Below are positions 19,013 through 30,278 of a stretch of 64,000 bases of DNA, piece after piece. Made by a program: the position numbers and the translations under genes. Location: the IMG/VR virus record IMGVR_UViG_3300042350_003822, positions 1 to 64,000 of that record. The stretch is one strand, 5' to 3'. Each line of letters starts with the position of its first letter. Position 1 is the stretch's first letter. Below the pieces are notes generated by a model that saw nothing but the letters and a program-made list of their open reading frames with translations, did no database searches and had not been told where the DNA came from. The stretch comes from a virus.

Positions 19013-22000
19013 TTATTTATTCTCCAAAGAGTTGATTTTTTGTTCTAGTCTATTTATGTGCGCTTGCTGTTCCTTGATTGCTTCAATCAGAAGGCCAACC
19101 ATATTGCCGTAGCGAACCGCTTTGAAGTTTTCGGTGCCTTCTACATCTGTAGCAGTATATATCACCTCAGGTAGAACCTTTTCTACTTCTTGGGCAATCA
19201 CCCCAGTAGAACGGCTGCCATCCTTCTTATAGTTAAAGTTTACACCGTTGAGTGTAAGTAGCTTCTCAAGAGCGTTTGGAATGTTCTCTATATTATATTT
19301 TAGATTTATATCGGATGGAGAACCATATGCTGTAATGTTACCCGAAGCAATAATGTCGCCGCCGTTTGTCAATGCACTAACAGCACTACCGCTTCTATTT
19401 CCAGCGTGAACACGGACACCATTTGAGAATCGCATTGCGCAATAACCATCATTCAAGTCAACAATGTCACCATCGTCAGCAAGAATAATTCCATTGCCAC
19501 CAACGTTACCACCTGAAACATGTATGCCGCCAGCAACATACATTGCGTTACTAGCCGTACTTGCAGGATCAAGATAATAAGCAGTGTTATTACTATCGTA
19601 AAAAATAGGTGCTCGTGTGTCCCCTGCTGCACTTAAAATACCACCAGTTGTGAGTGATGCGGTGGTAGCATATCCAGTTTGATTACGGAAAAGTATAGTG
19701 CCGGTATGATCAATATAATTGGTACCAGATGCGCTTAGGTTCAATTCAGCAAAAAGAGTAAGAGTACTTAAAACGCTTTCTGAGTCAGCATCGACGTAAT
19801 ATCCGGTATTATTATTGTCTTTAAAAACTGTTGCTCTTAATTCCGCGCCGTATGCATTGTCATAAAGTGCAATTCTGCTCCATGCAGTCGAGCCAGATCC
19901 ACTTGTAGATCTGTAGAATACTCCTTGGTCATAAAAAGTAGACGCAAATTGCATTGAATAGTAGTTGGCATCATTGGAGTGAGTTGTGGCAAGTAAATGG
20001 TGCCAGCTACCAGAATTCGTAGGCCATCCTTCAGCAAGAGTGCCACTATCGTGTTCGTAGAAGCCCGAGTCTACTCGGGTTGTAATGTCGGCTCTACTGG
20101 TAGCATCCCCAGCGAATGTTGGAGTGATAGCTGATGTAGCAGTGGTGGCAGATGTCGCGGAACCACTAATGTTCATTGTCTGACCGCTGATAAACGTAGC
20201 TATGGATGCGGCTGTACCCGAGCGGTAATAATTGTCGCCAGCCTTAACCATTACAGCGCTTACGCCAGAGCTCACACTATTATCGGTAGAATTAAAATAG
20301 TTATTGAAGATGTATCCGTTACCATCGGCCGCCACAACTCGGTTAGCTACAGCCGCACTTGCAGATGGTGTTAGCCCCCCAACCGTTGCAGCATTGCCAG
20401 TAACACTAATACCCCAAGTACCGGATGCACCAGTACCTGTTAGAGTTGGTGCATAGCTATTGTAGTTAGCATTGGTTAATACAGTTTTAAATGCGGTCCA
20501 TGTTGAGCTATCAGTCTTGTTTCTAAACTGCATTGACCCACCATAGGTAAATGTCATTTGAAGCGGACCTAGAGAACCTCCTGCATTAAATACGAGTATT
20601 CCCTGACTATCTGAAGGATTAATCTGAGTATAAAAACCATTCAAAGTAGCAGTATCTATACTAGCCTGAAGTACACTACCCCTATTAACCATGTAACTAC
20701 TAAAGTCAGATAGACTACCAGCGCTACCGGTAACATTAATTGCCCAATTGCCAGATGCGTCTCCACCTGTGCGTGTTGGTACGTTTAACGATGCTCTGAA
20801 ACCAGTAGCATCGTTTTTACGTATGTAATTGTCAGAAGAAGAATAGAAAACTGAATCCGTTGTAGCTCCTGACGCGCCGTGAGACATATTGAAATATTCG
20901 GCAAACCCATATCGTCTATAATCATCACCATTGCTATCTCTCTGCACAATATGGTTAGCTGTAGCAGCTGTGCCAATATTACCCGCAGATAGCGAACCTG
21001 GGAAAGTGGTATTACCACTACCATCTAGTAAAGTAGCCGTGCGAATAAGTGTAGAGAATACACCAGTGTACTGTCTTACGTAGATAGGCTCAGTACCATC
21101 ATCAGCAGTCGCAATTTCAAGATATCCAGCATTCGTACCAGTAGCACCAATAAGAATACGAGCTTGGTCGTTGTCGCCCATATTTCCGCGTACAAGCTCA
21201 GCAGATGTAGTTCCTGTTACTGTTTTAACAACAGCTGCTGCTGATAATGTAGCAACGTTGGCAGACAGCGTGCTGTTCAATTGATATGATGCAGCTGCAG
21301 TACCACCTAGGAAAGAAGCATTGTTAGCACTGATGGTAGCAATATAAGCGCTGTTGACAGTAATCGTGCCGCTAGTGTCAGTTAAGCCTGTGCTGAAAGT
21401 ATAGGTTGTGTCATTATCAGCAGCCCAATATGCAGCTGTACCATTGGAGTGTAGAACTTGCCCAGCAGTTCCAAATCCACCATTTGCAGAAAGTCCTACC
21501 GACCCGAAAACCACGTTGCCAGAAAATGTGGTGATGCCAGCTACCGCAAGGGTTGAAGAGACGTTAGCAAACCCAGTAATCGTGGTATTGCCGGCAGCAA
21601 GAGTAGTAATACCCGATGCTGCACCAGCAGCTACAAGCGATGAGATAGCAAGTGGCTGGCTATTGGTAGACCAGCGATCGTTTGTTTCATCCCAGATGAA
21701 TTGAACGTTAGCAGACGTCCCACGCATGATCTCGATGCCAGCATTCTCGGATGGAGCTGCTTCACCCAGATCTGCATTCAGAGTAAGTATATTATCACCA
21801 ACGTCAATTGTTGTGGTGTTAACATACGTTCTAGTTCCTGAAACAGTCAGGTTGCCAGATAGCGTCAGGTCTGTAATTGAAAGCGCAGAGTTAACATGAA
21901 TGCCAGCTGTGTTGACAGTCAGTGTCGAACCAGTTGTGACTCCGAGAGTTCCTGTCGATGTAATAGGTCCACCAGAAAGTCCATTTGCAGTGGCAATAGA

Positions 22001-24343
22001 GGTGACTGTACCAAGATACTGATCCGCCGAGCTAATAATAATGTGAGTAGCATTTGACGATATATTAGAAGTACCTGACCCCGTAAACGTCACATCATCG
22101 TTTGCGTTACTCGAGTCTTTCAATCTCAGTATGCCGGCGTTGACTGCAGTGTTAGCTACAGCAAGAAGGTCGTATGTTGTATCCCCATCTGTGTCCCAAT
22201 AAATGGTCGTGCCATTAGAATGTAGTACTTGGCCAGCAGTCCCAATTCCGCCATTAGCATCCAATCCAACTGCAGTTCCGACAACTAAACGCGTAGTATT
22301 GGCAATAAACGATGTGCCCACAGAAAGAGTAGCTGAGTTGACAGATGATGTCGCATTGACAAAACCCGTAACAGTAGTATTAGCAAAAAGAGTTGTACCG
22401 GATGTTCCGTATCTTGCAAAATAAGACGCGCCTGAACCGATAGCAACGCCACCATTATTCCCTGGTGGGTTAAACTCGACGAATCCTTGCTGAGTAGAAT
22501 CTGTTACAAGACCCAAGCGTGATGATGCAGTTGTCCAGTCGAGTGTAGCGCTTGTTGTATTACTTCTATACGAAAGTACTTTTATTTTGTTAGAGTTGCT
22601 ATTAATACCAATAAAATCTGCATAGGAATGCGCTGGTAAAATAAAAATATTGCCCGTTCCCGCAGAAGTAATATTAACATTACTTGTTCCAGCGAGAGCT
22701 GCAGATATTGATGTATGCAGCGTTACAGAGTTTACAGTTCGAGCATTCACGTAGTATGATATAGAAGTAGAAGTACCCCCGGGAGATGTACCATCAGTAC
22801 GAAGAACGACAAATTGACCATTGCTCCATCCGTGATTTGATGCAGTAGATATTATATCTGTTATAGTATCCACAGCGGAAACGTTAGCCACCGCTCCAAG
22901 CGCGCCGAGTGTTGTACTGGTTTGTACTGTAAAAATAGACTCTGAATTAGCTGTTGAACCAACAGCAACTTTATTAGAACCTGAATCTACAAAAAGCGTG
23001 CCCGAGTCTACGTTTAATGCGTTAAGAACAGAAGTAGAAGCAGGATCAATATAAAACGAAGTATCTGCGCTGTCGTAGAAGATTGGCGCGCGCATATCAT
23101 TAGCAGCAATAACAGCACCAGCAGAAGTAATGCGCATACGCTCAGTTAGGGTGCCGGTCGTAGCGGCGGATGTATTGAACACCATCGACATTCGCCCACC
23201 ATTGGCGATGTCAGAAATTGCGTCAATAGAACCTTGAATTTTTGGACCAACGTCTGATGTGTCGGCAGAATAAAAACTAAAACGACCCCAAGGCGAGGTG
23301 GTCGAAAAATCGCTCGCAACAGTAGTAGTAGAAATCCGCATTTCTGTTGGCGTCGGCGTAGCCGAACCGGTGGCACTTGAAACTTCAAAATTAACAGCTG
23401 GTGTTGTTGTGTTAACACCGACTCTATTATTTGTACCATCAACAAAAAGGAGACCCGAATCAAAGTTTGCATTAGCAGCAAATGTTGCAACACCGCCAAC
23501 CTGCAACGTTGTTGATACGTTAGCAAAACCTGTGATGGAAGTATTGCCAGCAGCAAGGGTGGTAACGCCGGATAGAGAACCAGCCATTGTAATAGTACCG
23601 GCATTGATATCCCACCTTCTAGTAGTAGCACCGAAGGACTTGCCTTCATTATTTGATGCGGGGAATATACCGGATGTATTACCGATAAAGAAATTAGTCG
23701 TATTACCTACTCTAAGCTGTGCTGAGTCCGATACAACATTAACAAAACCTGTGATGGAAGTATTGCCAAGACTCAATGAACGAGCGGTTATTGTTAATGA
23801 TCCATTTCCCGATACACCCGAACCCCCGCTGGCGGCAATACGCGCATCAAAATCAACGGCGGTCGCGCCAGTGTTGAAATCTATGTAAGGAAAAGTGGCA
23901 GTACCACTAGTATTACCCAATGATATTGAACCACCAGAATCGGTTGCTATTACTACTTTACCAGAACCTGACGCAGTAGTAATATTGCCGGTAGTGTTGA
24001 TAAATCCAGTAATCGTAGTATTGCCAGCTGCGAGCGTAGTAATACCAGACGCTGCTCCAGCAAGAGCAAGCGATGTAATCGATAATGCAGAGTTGACATG
24101 AATACCTTGAGTGTTAACTGTCAGTGTCGAACCCGATACAACACCAATCGTGCCGGTTGTGGTAATAGGTCCACCCGAAAGTCCATTTGCTGTTGCAATA
24201 GATGTTACGCCTTGGTCGTCTGTTGACCAATATGTAGCAGTTCCATTACTGTGAAGTGTTTCACCTGCAGATCCAATTAGGCCATTAGCAATAAGGCCTT
24301 TTACACTAATAGGGTTGAAGAAATGCTTTGTATCTTTAGCCAT
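19013..24343 (-). CDS. Long tail fibre (1776 aa) with C-terminal S74 intramolecular chaperone
   Basis: G/T/A/N-rich repeats; AY..PSD.NLK.NI..I.NAL, GVIAQEVEKVLPEV, V.YGNMVGLLIEAIKE coiled coil. Confidence 0.88.
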   Translation of the reverse strand: MAKDTKHFFNPISVKGLIANGLIGSAGETLHSNGTATYWSTDDQGVTSIATANGLSGGPITTTGTIGVVSGSTLTVNTQGIHVNSALSITSLALAGAASGITTLAAGNTTITGFINTTGNITTASGSGKVVIATDSGGSISLGNTSGTATFPYIDFNTGATAVDFDARIAASGGSGVSGNGSLTITARSLSLGNTSITGFVNVVSDSAQLRVGNTTNFFIGNTSGIFPASNNEGKSFGATTRRWDINAGTITMAGSLSGVTTLAAGNTSITGFANVSTTLQVGGVATFAANANFDSGLLFVDGTNNRVGVNTTTPAVNFEVSSATGSATPTPTEMRISTTTVASDFSTTSPWGRFSFYSADTSDVGPKIQGSIDAISDIANGGRMSMVFNTSAATTGTLTERMRITSAGAVIAANDMRAPIFYDSADTSFYIDPASTSVLNALNVDSGTLFVDSGSNKVAVGSTANSESIFTVQTSTTLGALGAVANVSAVDTITDIISTASNHGWSNGQFVVLRTDGTSPGGTSTSISYYVNARTVNSVTLHTSISAALAGTSNVNITSAGTGNIFILPAHSYADFIGINSNSNKIKVLSYRSNTTSATLDWTTASSRLGLVTDSTQQGFVEFNPPGNNGGVAIGSGASYFARYGTSGTTLFANTTVTGFVNATSSVNSATLSVGTSFIANTTRLVVGTAVGLDANGGIGTAGQVLHSNGTTIYWDTDGDTTYDLLAVANTAVNAGILRLKDSSNANDDVTFTGSGTSNISSNATHIIISSADQYLGTVTSIATANGLSGGPITSTGTLGVTTGSTLTVNTAGIHVNSALSITDLTLSGNLTVSGTRTYVNTTTIDVGDNILTLNADLGEAAPSENAGIEIMRGTSANVQFIWDETNDRWSTNSQPLAISSLVAAGAASGITTLAAGNTTITGFANVSSTLAVAGITTFSGNVVFGSVGLSANGGFGTAGQVLHSNGTAAYWAADNDTTYTFSTGLTDTSGTITVNSAYIATISANNASFLGGTAAASYQLNSTLSANVATLSAAAVVKTVTGTTSAELVRGNMGDNDQARILIGATGTNAGYLEIATADDGTEPIYVRQYTGVFSTLIRTATLLDGSGNTTFPGSLSAGNIGTAATANHIVQRDSNGDDYRRYGFAEYFNMSHGASGATTDSVFYSSSDNYIRKNDATGFRASLNVPTRTGGDASGNWAINVTGSAGSLSDFSSYMVNRGSVLQASIDTATLNGFYTQINPSDSQGILVFNAGGSLGPLQMTFTYGGSMQFRNKTDSSTWTAFKTVLTNANYNSYAPTLTGTGASGTWGISVTGNAATVGGLTPSASAAVANRVVAADGNGYIFNNYFNSTDNSVSSGVSAVMVKAGDNYYRSGTAASIATFISGQTMNISGSATSATTATSAITPTFAGDATSRADITTRVDSGFYEHDSGTLAEGWPTNSGSWHHLLATTHSNDANYYSMQFASTFYDQGVFYRSTSGSGSTAWSRIALYDNAYGAELRATVFKDNNNTGYYVDADSESVLSTLTLFAELNLSASGTNYIDHTGTILFRNQTGYATTASLTTGGILSAAGDTRAPIFYDSNNTAYYLDPASTASNAMYVAGGIHVSGGNVGGNGIILADDGDIVDLNDGYCAMRFSNGVRVHAGNRSGSAVSALTNGGDIIASGNITAYGSPSDINLKYNIENIPNALEKLLTLNGVNFNYKKDGSRSTGVIAQEVEKVLPEVIYTATDVEGTENFKAVRYGNMVGLLIEAIKEQQAHINRLEQKINSLENK

Positions 24344-25562
24344 TTGTTAACTCAATCAGTGTTGTGTTGCTTACTGGAACGGGAACGTAGCTAAACTCAA
24401 ATGGTATAGTCTGAAAGTCGATCTCTGATACTTCGGTATAATAGACAGCGGTCTGTTGAACAGCAGCAGCTCCATTATAGCTATATATCGTTACACCAGA
24501 AGTATATGAATATGCTAGTTTATTTGTTAGCTGCTGAGGCCCAACGTTTACTGTGTTTATGAAAACGTTATTGGACGCGTCTACGTGGACTCTATTAGAG
24601 TTCATCACAGCAACATTGGATCCTGCAGCGACACTTGACCACTTAAAGTAGAATGTGCCGTTAGACTGATTATAGGTCTCGAACGGATTAAACTGCTTAA
24701 TAGAAGGTGTTCTATACTGTAGTTCAGTTCCTACAACACCAAAGCCATATGAAACATACACTGTGTTGGATGTGGCTGTAAAGTCAATATTGTAAGTAGT
24801 CTCTGTCGTAGTGACTTCCTGAATAGCAATGTCTTCAGCAGCAATGGAAGTTCCAATCGAGATCGCAGCTGCCTGTCCTCTAACCGCACTACCACTATAA
24901 ACAACTGTAGAAGGAACAAAGAAAGCGCTCGCCTGCACTCTGTAGCGCTGGTTCGGAACAACGTCTAATTCAAGGTACTGAGAATTTCTGTGTTGACCTG
25001 ACGACCTTATTACTGTATAATCTCCATTGGATTCTTTCGAGGAACCATTGTAAGAGATAAGACTGTTTGCGCTATACAACTCAGCTCCAGTCATTTCAGG
25101 GCCTAGAACATCGGTCGTGACATATTCAGATGTGTTGCCAAAGAAGTTGTTATTGGCAGCTCTGATAGTCATGTTGTTTGCGCCGCCCTGGAAGTAGATT
25201 CCTACCCCTTCGGTGTGCCTGATATTCTTTCCACTGACTGTATGCTCTGCATAGAGATTAGCAGGTGTAATTGTTTTCACCATAGTGAAAGTGGTAGGAT
25301 ATACTGTAGGGGTACACTTTATCTCCCCAACATAGTTGTTGATAGATGTTGTAATCTCGTCTGGTCTAGTACCACTTACAGAAATACTATCCTGAGTCTC
25401 GGAGGTAGTAATCCCATCTGTAGTAATTACCATCTGCGATACAGAAGAGTCACTCCCAGACACCACATGAATGTCCAGGGTGACCATCTTCTCTGTGGCA
25501 AGATCAAAAGTATCTAGCACATGAGCTGATAATGAATTTGCTACGTAGGTTATAGTTGTCAT
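24336..25562 (-). CDS. Virion structural protein, probable fibre adaptor with carbohydrate-binding-like domain
   Basis: Beta-rich; N-terminal domain resembles the C-terminal domains of 32885-33448 and 41385-43619. Confidence 0.55.
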   Translation of the reverse strand: MTTITYVANSLSAHVLDTFDLATEKMVTLDIHVVSGSDSSVSQMVITTDGITTSETQDSISVSGTRPDEITTSINNYVGEIKCTPTVYPTTFTMVKTITPANLYAEHTVSGKNIRHTEGVGIYFQGGANNMTIRAANNNFFGNTSEYVTTDVLGPEMTGAELYSANSLISYNGSSKESNGDYTVIRSSGQHRNSQYLELDVVPNQRYRVQASAFFVPSTVVYSGSAVRGQAAAISIGTSIAAEDIAIQEVTTTETTYNIDFTATSNTVYVSYGFGVVGTELQYRTPSIKQFNPFETYNQSNGTFYFKWSSVAAGSNVAVMNSNRVHVDASNNVFINTVNVGPQQLTNKLAYSYTSGVTIYSYNGAAAVQQTAVYYTEVSEIDFQTIPFEFSYVPVPVSNTTLIELTNG

Positions 25563-25575
25563 CTAATTAGATTCT

Positions 25576-25899
25576 TTACCATGGTAACGCCGGCGTTATA
25601 ACAGTGGGGTAGATCTGGCTTGTGATCTGCCCAGCGATATCGGCTTCATATGCCACAATTTTTTCCTCTCCTAAGGTGCTCTGCACCCACTCAATTACTT
25701 GGGTCTCTGTAAGATCTGCATAGGGAGTAAAGGGGCTACCTTCGACCAATGACACGCCTGTCGAGTCGTATACCGATCCAATATATGTGCCGTCGATACC
25801 AGTCAGTGTCCAGTGAACGTTGAAGACCACATCGGTCATACCATCGAGTTCGGGGTAGGCGTCCATCTGCAAAATAGCCCAAGTGTTAGTAATAGTCAT
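25576..25899 (-). CDS. Small acidic fibre-associated protein (copy 2)
   Basis: Start moved to ATG 25899; FTPYADLTETQVIEWV...LPW. Confidence 0.7.
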   Translation of the reverse strand: MTITNTWAILQMDAYPELDGMTDVVFNVHWTLTGIDGTYIGSVYDSTGVSLVEGSPFTPYADLTETQVIEWVQSTLGEEKIVAYEADIAGQITSQIYPTVITPALPW

Positions 25900-25901
25900 T
25901 G

Positions 25902-26234
25902 TTAGGAGCTCCATGGTAAAGGAGGAGTGGTAGTTGGTGGGTTGGCGAGGTTCTGAATCTGAAGAGTTAAGTTGGATTCGTATGCCGCGGCCTGCTCTGC
26001 TCTCAGCGCGCTCTTGACCCACTCGATCACCTGCTCTTGCGTCAGGTCAGCATAAGGAGTAAACGGGGTGCTTGAATTGATGGGGATGTTTACTGTGCCA
26101 TGTATAGAAGCCAAATGCACATTGTCCGTTCCAGTTAAAAGCCAACCAATGGTATACACCACGTTTTGCTCACCAGCTACCTCTGAGTAGCACTCGAGAT
26201 TAGTAATTGACCACGTCTTTGTAATTTGTGTCAT
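25902..26234 (-). CDS. Small acidic fibre-associated protein (copy 3)
   Basis: GGAGG RBS before ATG 26234; FTPYADLTQEQVIEWV...LPW. Confidence 0.7.
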   Translation of the reverse strand: MTQITKTWSITNLECYSEVAGEQNVVYTIGWLLTGTDNVHLASIHGTVNIPINSSTPFTPYADLTQEQVIEWVKSALRAEQAAAYESNLTLQIQNLANPPTTTPPLPWSS

Positions 26235-26246
26235 TTTGACCTCCAA

Positions 26247-28931
26247 TTAAAGTCTGCTAGTCGAATAGCAATATTGACGCCAAAACCCACCACCGTCGCA
26301 GAACGCAAAAAACGATCCGTGGTGAGGAAGCGTGGTGCCTATATCACTGCCACCGGGGAATGCAAGTGTAACGTTGTTGCCGCTGACATTTGAGATAGCA
26401 AAACCTTCCCCAGAGGCAAATCCCGTCGATGGAAACGTGATCGTAATGCCTGATGTGGTAATAAGAATGTTTGTACCGCTGTCAGCAGCTCCAAGAGTTT
26501 TTGTCGCGTCAATAACATTCTGACCACTTGAGCGAATACCGTGAGTTGCCCACGTTGGCGCGGCGCCCGAGCCGCCAGACCGTAACACTTGACCTGCAGT
26601 GCCGTAGTTAGCGCCACCAATTCCCAACTGCCCAACAGAACCAATTCTGAAACGCTCGGCAGTTGTTGTGCCGGTCGTAAAAATCATATTGTTGTCGTCG
26701 TTGTAAATTTGACTGTCGCCACCGGAAGTCGTTGTACCAGTCGCGGAGCCGATACGAACATCGCCGCCGCCAGTAAGTCGCATATCTCCCGCAAGAGTTA
26801 ATTTGTACGCTGGAGAAGTGTCCCCAATCCCGACGTTGCCCGAGCTGGTGATGCGCATTACCTCCGTACCACCTTCACTGAAAGCAATAGTGTCCGCAGC
26901 AGGGGACCACATCCCTGTGTCCGTATCGCCAGTAAACGTATGAGACGGCGTTCCGGTGGCCCCTAAGCCAGCGCTAAGGCGTGTAGTGTGGAATGCTCCC
27001 GTAGTGTTGGCAATGAATGAAGTGCCGACTGTTATAAGGGCAGAGTTGACGCTGGTACTTACATTAGCTGTACCTAAAACTGTGAGTTTAGCATTTAAGT
27101 CGGTTGTACCGATACCCAAACTACCATTCATGTAGTTGTTTGCTGTACCCGAACCATAAAACCCCCATTTGTTTGCACCAGCAGTAATTTGACTCCAAAA
27201 TCCATACACATTTGAAATAGCAGTAGCGTTAAAGGCAGTATACTGGAAAACATTACTTGGTGCGGTCGCACTAGCCCATGACGGTGTACCAGCACTAAAT
27301 GTATAAATTGCATTAACAGTTCCAGTATAACTTACTAAAGAGTCTGCTCTTGCAAAAACACCGTTAAGGTTTGTTATATTGTTTGCCGATGATACAATAG
27401 TTGGTAGGAATAACAGACCATATAATGCAGTAAGTGTTCCTGCCCCTTGCGGAGAAACTTGAGATTGCATCGTGAACATATTCTGCTGGCCAGTTTGGGT
27501 AGAATTTATCTGACCACTTAAACTTATATAACCACCAGCATCCGTAACAGTACCAGTTTGGTTGATACGGTTAGATAGGGATAGAGATCCAGTAATCGTT
27601 GTATTACCCACTGCTGCAGTAGTTACGCCAGATAGAGCCCCTGCAAACGAGCCGGTTGTTGCATTCAAAGCCCAGCGGGCCGTTGTATTACCTAAAGCAT
27701 TGCCAACAGTATTTGATGTGGGAAAAACACCTGTGGTATTTGCTCTAAAGTTTGTTGTAGTAAATGATGCAGCGTTTACAGTACCTGTATGATATGCACC
27801 TGTAGTGTTGGCAATGAATGAAGTGCCGACAGTTAACAAAGCAGAGTTTACAGATACAGAAGCATTAGCAAAACCAGTAATCGTGGTATTGCCGGCGGAG
27901 ACTGCGTTTGAAAATGTTGCTGCCCCACCACTATTTAACGTCAAGTGTGTTGTCATGACACTATTGTTGCCACCCTGAAATAATAAATCTCCGGTTGAGC
28001 GATTGTAGTTAATTCGTTTTATTCCACCAGTCTGGTCAAACGGCTGGCCAAAGCTAACAATAGAATTTGCGCCGATGTTGCCAAGGCCAATTTGGTCAGT
28101 CCCGTTGCCAGCCGCCAGTGCCTGTTGTGGAGTAGATGTTCCGATACCAACATTACCATTTGCTACGATAAAAGCAGCAGTACCAAACGTTGCGGTATTG
28201 GTCCCTACTTGTAGGGTGGTTGATACGTTAGCAAAACCAGTAATCGTGGTATTGCCGGCAGCAAGAGTGGTGATGCCGGAGACTGCGCCAGCAAAGCCTA
28301 CTGCACTTGTTGTCTTATTAAATGTGAAGCTTGAAGATCCGTTTGCCCCACCAGAGTCATTAAATAAAACTTGTGTGTTGGATCCACCTATAACCGCAGC
28401 TGCACCTACCGAACCAGTGAATCCTACTGAACCAGTGAAGCCAGTAGTTCCTTGAGGGCCCTGGGCCCCTACTGACCCCGTGAATCCAATTGGTCCCTGT
28501 GCACCTTGAGGACCGGTCGAACCAGTGAAACCAATTGGTCCTTGTGCACCCTGAGGCCCGGTTGAACCAGTAAAACCAATCGGGCCTTGTGGTCCTGTTG
28601 CACCAGTAGAACCAGTAAAGCCTGTTGTTCCTTGAGGGCCCTGGGCACCAATAGAACCTGTAAAGCCAGTAGTTCCTTGGGCACCAATAGAACCTGTAAA
28701 GCCAGTAGTTCCTTGGGCACCAATAGAACCTGTAAAGCCGGTAGTTCCTTGGGCACCGGTAGATCCAGTGAATCCCACCGAACCAGTGAAGCCAGTAGTT
28801 CCCTGAGCACCAGTAGATCCGGTGAAGCCAGTTGCACCTACTGAACCTGTGAAGCCTGTGTTTCCTTGCTCACCAACAATTATAGCTTCCCACTGAGCAG
28901 TGTTAGCGTTATATACTTTTGCTACGCCCAT
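26247..28931 (-). CDS. Collagen-like tail fibre protein (894 aa)
   Basis: About 52 Gly-X-Y triplets near the N-terminus, then fibre repeats (GNVGIGT, ERFRI). Confidence 0.85.
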   Translation of the reverse strand: MGVAKVYNANTAQWEAIIVGEQGNTGFTGSVGATGFTGSTGAQGTTGFTGSVGFTGSTGAQGTTGFTGSIGAQGTTGFTGSIGAQGTTGFTGSIGAQGPQGTTGFTGSTGATGPQGPIGFTGSTGPQGAQGPIGFTGSTGPQGAQGPIGFTGSVGAQGPQGTTGFTGSVGFTGSVGAAAVIGGSNTQVLFNDSGGANGSSSFTFNKTTSAVGFAGAVSGITTLAAGNTTITGFANVSTTLQVGTNTATFGTAAFIVANGNVGIGTSTPQQALAAGNGTDQIGLGNIGANSIVSFGQPFDQTGGIKRINYNRSTGDLLFQGGNNSVMTTHLTLNSGGAATFSNAVSAGNTTITGFANASVSVNSALLTVGTSFIANTTGAYHTGTVNAASFTTTNFRANTTGVFPTSNTVGNALGNTTARWALNATTGSFAGALSGVTTAAVGNTTITGSLSLSNRINQTGTVTDAGGYISLSGQINSTQTGQQNMFTMQSQVSPQGAGTLTALYGLLFLPTIVSSANNITNLNGVFARADSLVSYTGTVNAIYTFSAGTPSWASATAPSNVFQYTAFNATAISNVYGFWSQITAGANKWGFYGSGTANNYMNGSLGIGTTDLNAKLTVLGTANVSTSVNSALITVGTSFIANTTGAFHTTRLSAGLGATGTPSHTFTGDTDTGMWSPAADTIAFSEGGTEVMRITSSGNVGIGDTSPAYKLTLAGDMRLTGGGDVRIGSATGTTTSGGDSQIYNDDNNMIFTTGTTTAERFRIGSVGQLGIGGANYGTAGQVLRSGGSGAAPTWATHGIRSSGQNVIDATKTLGAADSGTNILITTSGITITFPSTGFASGEGFAISNVSGNNVTLAFPGGSDIGTTLPHHGSFFAFCDGGGFWRQYCYSTSRL
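28400..28874 (-). repeat. Collagen Gly-X-Y repeat, including near-identical 36-nt tandem units
   Basis: [12 protein letters not shown] units; DNA unit gggcaccaatagaacctgtaaagccagtagttcctt repeated in tandem. Confidence 0.9.
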
Positions 28932-28984
28932 CTTTTATACCTTAATTCGTTTACCTGTAGAATTTTATATACCTTATTTATTTA

Positions 28985-30025
28985 CTAAAAGAACATCATT
29001 AACATATTTCCACCCGCTGTTAGAGCGGGAGAATTAGTAAAAATGACGTTTAAGTTATTGCCGCCATCTGTCGAGTTTGCGCCAACATAGAAGCGATTTG
29101 CTTCGGTTACGCCAATGTCAGTGACATTTAAGTAGTCAATACCGGAGGTAACATTAGTAATGTCGAACGTGCGACGGGTGCCTGCCGTTGCGCTGTTTAC
29201 CGTAACTATATTGCCGGCAGAACCAGTAATGCTCCATATACCAACAACCATTGTGCCTCCGGCATTATGCCTAATTGTATGAGCAACGGTCTTTGTTGAG
29301 GCAAGTTCAGTAAAGGTGTTTATTCCTCCAATACTGGTTGTAGAAATACCGGTTGTGCCTCCCATAGTCAATTTATTAAAAGAAAGCCCGCCCGCATTAA
29401 ACGCCCTTGTAGTTGTTGTATTGTTAGAAAGCAGAATATCTGCCGTGTCTTTGTTAAACGTAAGATTCGTCGTTACTTGAGTATTCCAGATCGTACTAAT
29501 ACCAGTTATTGTCCACAACCCAGACCCCATTGTTATGGTTCTGACATTGCTATTGCTTGAAGAAACAGAGTTACAAGTTACGTTATAATTATTTGCGTTA
29601 AAAGTTCCTTGTGTAATAGTTAAGACGGTTGCTGTTAACGCATCTCCAAGAGTTACTGTAATGCCAGAACCATTAATTGTTATGCTGCCAAAGCCTTTAC
29701 CCGCAGTCGTTAGCGTTCCTGTGCCGGTAAACGTCATAGCGCCAGCATAAGGAAAGGACATACCCGCAACAAGCGTGACGCTGCCGGCTACAGTGATTCC
29801 TGCAGAACCAGAGATTGTTCCGGCAAACCCAGTACAGTTGATTGACTTTGCGCCGGTATTGCCCGTAGAAATTATGCAATTGCCTGTGGACAAGTTTGTA
29901 AAAAACACGTCGTCAGCAGTGGTAGGAACCGACGCGCCGCCAGCACCACCAGAACTAGTTGACCACTTAGTCCCTGCCGTACCGTCCCAAGACGCCGAAC
30001 CGCCTACCCAATAACGGTCAGCCAT
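28985..30025 (-). CDS. Putative beta-helical adhesin-like virion protein
   Basis: RYWVGG...W.....W..SSGG.GGASVPT..DDVFF N-terminus and passenger-like T/G/N repeats. Confidence 0.55.
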   Translation of the reverse strand: MADRYWVGGSASWDGTAGTKWSTSSGGAGGASVPTTADDVFFTNLSTGNCIISTGNTGAKSINCTGFAGTISGSAGITVAGSVTLVAGMSFPYAGAMTFTGTGTLTTAGKGFGSITINGSGITVTLGDALTATVLTITQGTFNANNYNVTCNSVSSSNSNVRTITMGSGLWTITGISTIWNTQVTTNLTFNKDTADILLSNNTTTTRAFNAGGLSFNKLTMGGTTGISTTSIGGINTFTELASTKTVAHTIRHNAGGTMVVGIWSITGSAGNIVTVNSATAGTRRTFDITNVTSGIDYLNVTDIGVTEANRFYVGANSTDGGNNLNVIFTNSPALTAGGNMLMMFF

Positions 30026-30026
30026 A

Positions 30027-30266
30027 TTAGCTCTCTACAGGCTTCAGGTCAACTTGACTATCAATCTCAACTTGCTCATAAGTTATATCGTCAACTTCAA
30101 CATACTCAGGCGTTGGTGGATTCTCAACAGCAAACAACCAGTTGTTTAGACGCTCGGTCTTCATTTCTGTGATCTGTTCTTCTGTATGCGAGGAATCTTC
30201 TGGGAGATATAGAGCATCCCGAAATGTACCATATTGTGTTTCAAATTCAAAATCAATCTTAATCAT
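30027..30266 (-). CDS. Hypothetical acidic protein (79 aa)
   Basis: GAGGAG RBS; tightly packed in the operon. Confidence 0.6.
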   Translation of the reverse strand: MIKIDFEFETQYGTFRDALYLPEDSSHTEEQITEMKTERLNNWLFAVENPPTPEYVEVDDITYEQVEIDSQVDLKPVES

Positions 30267-30278
30267 ATTTTACTCCTC

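Noticed and set aside
28440-28830. Regularly spaced 36-nt repeats resembling a CRISPR array
   Set aside because: No unique spacers, in-frame collagen coding, and no cas genes
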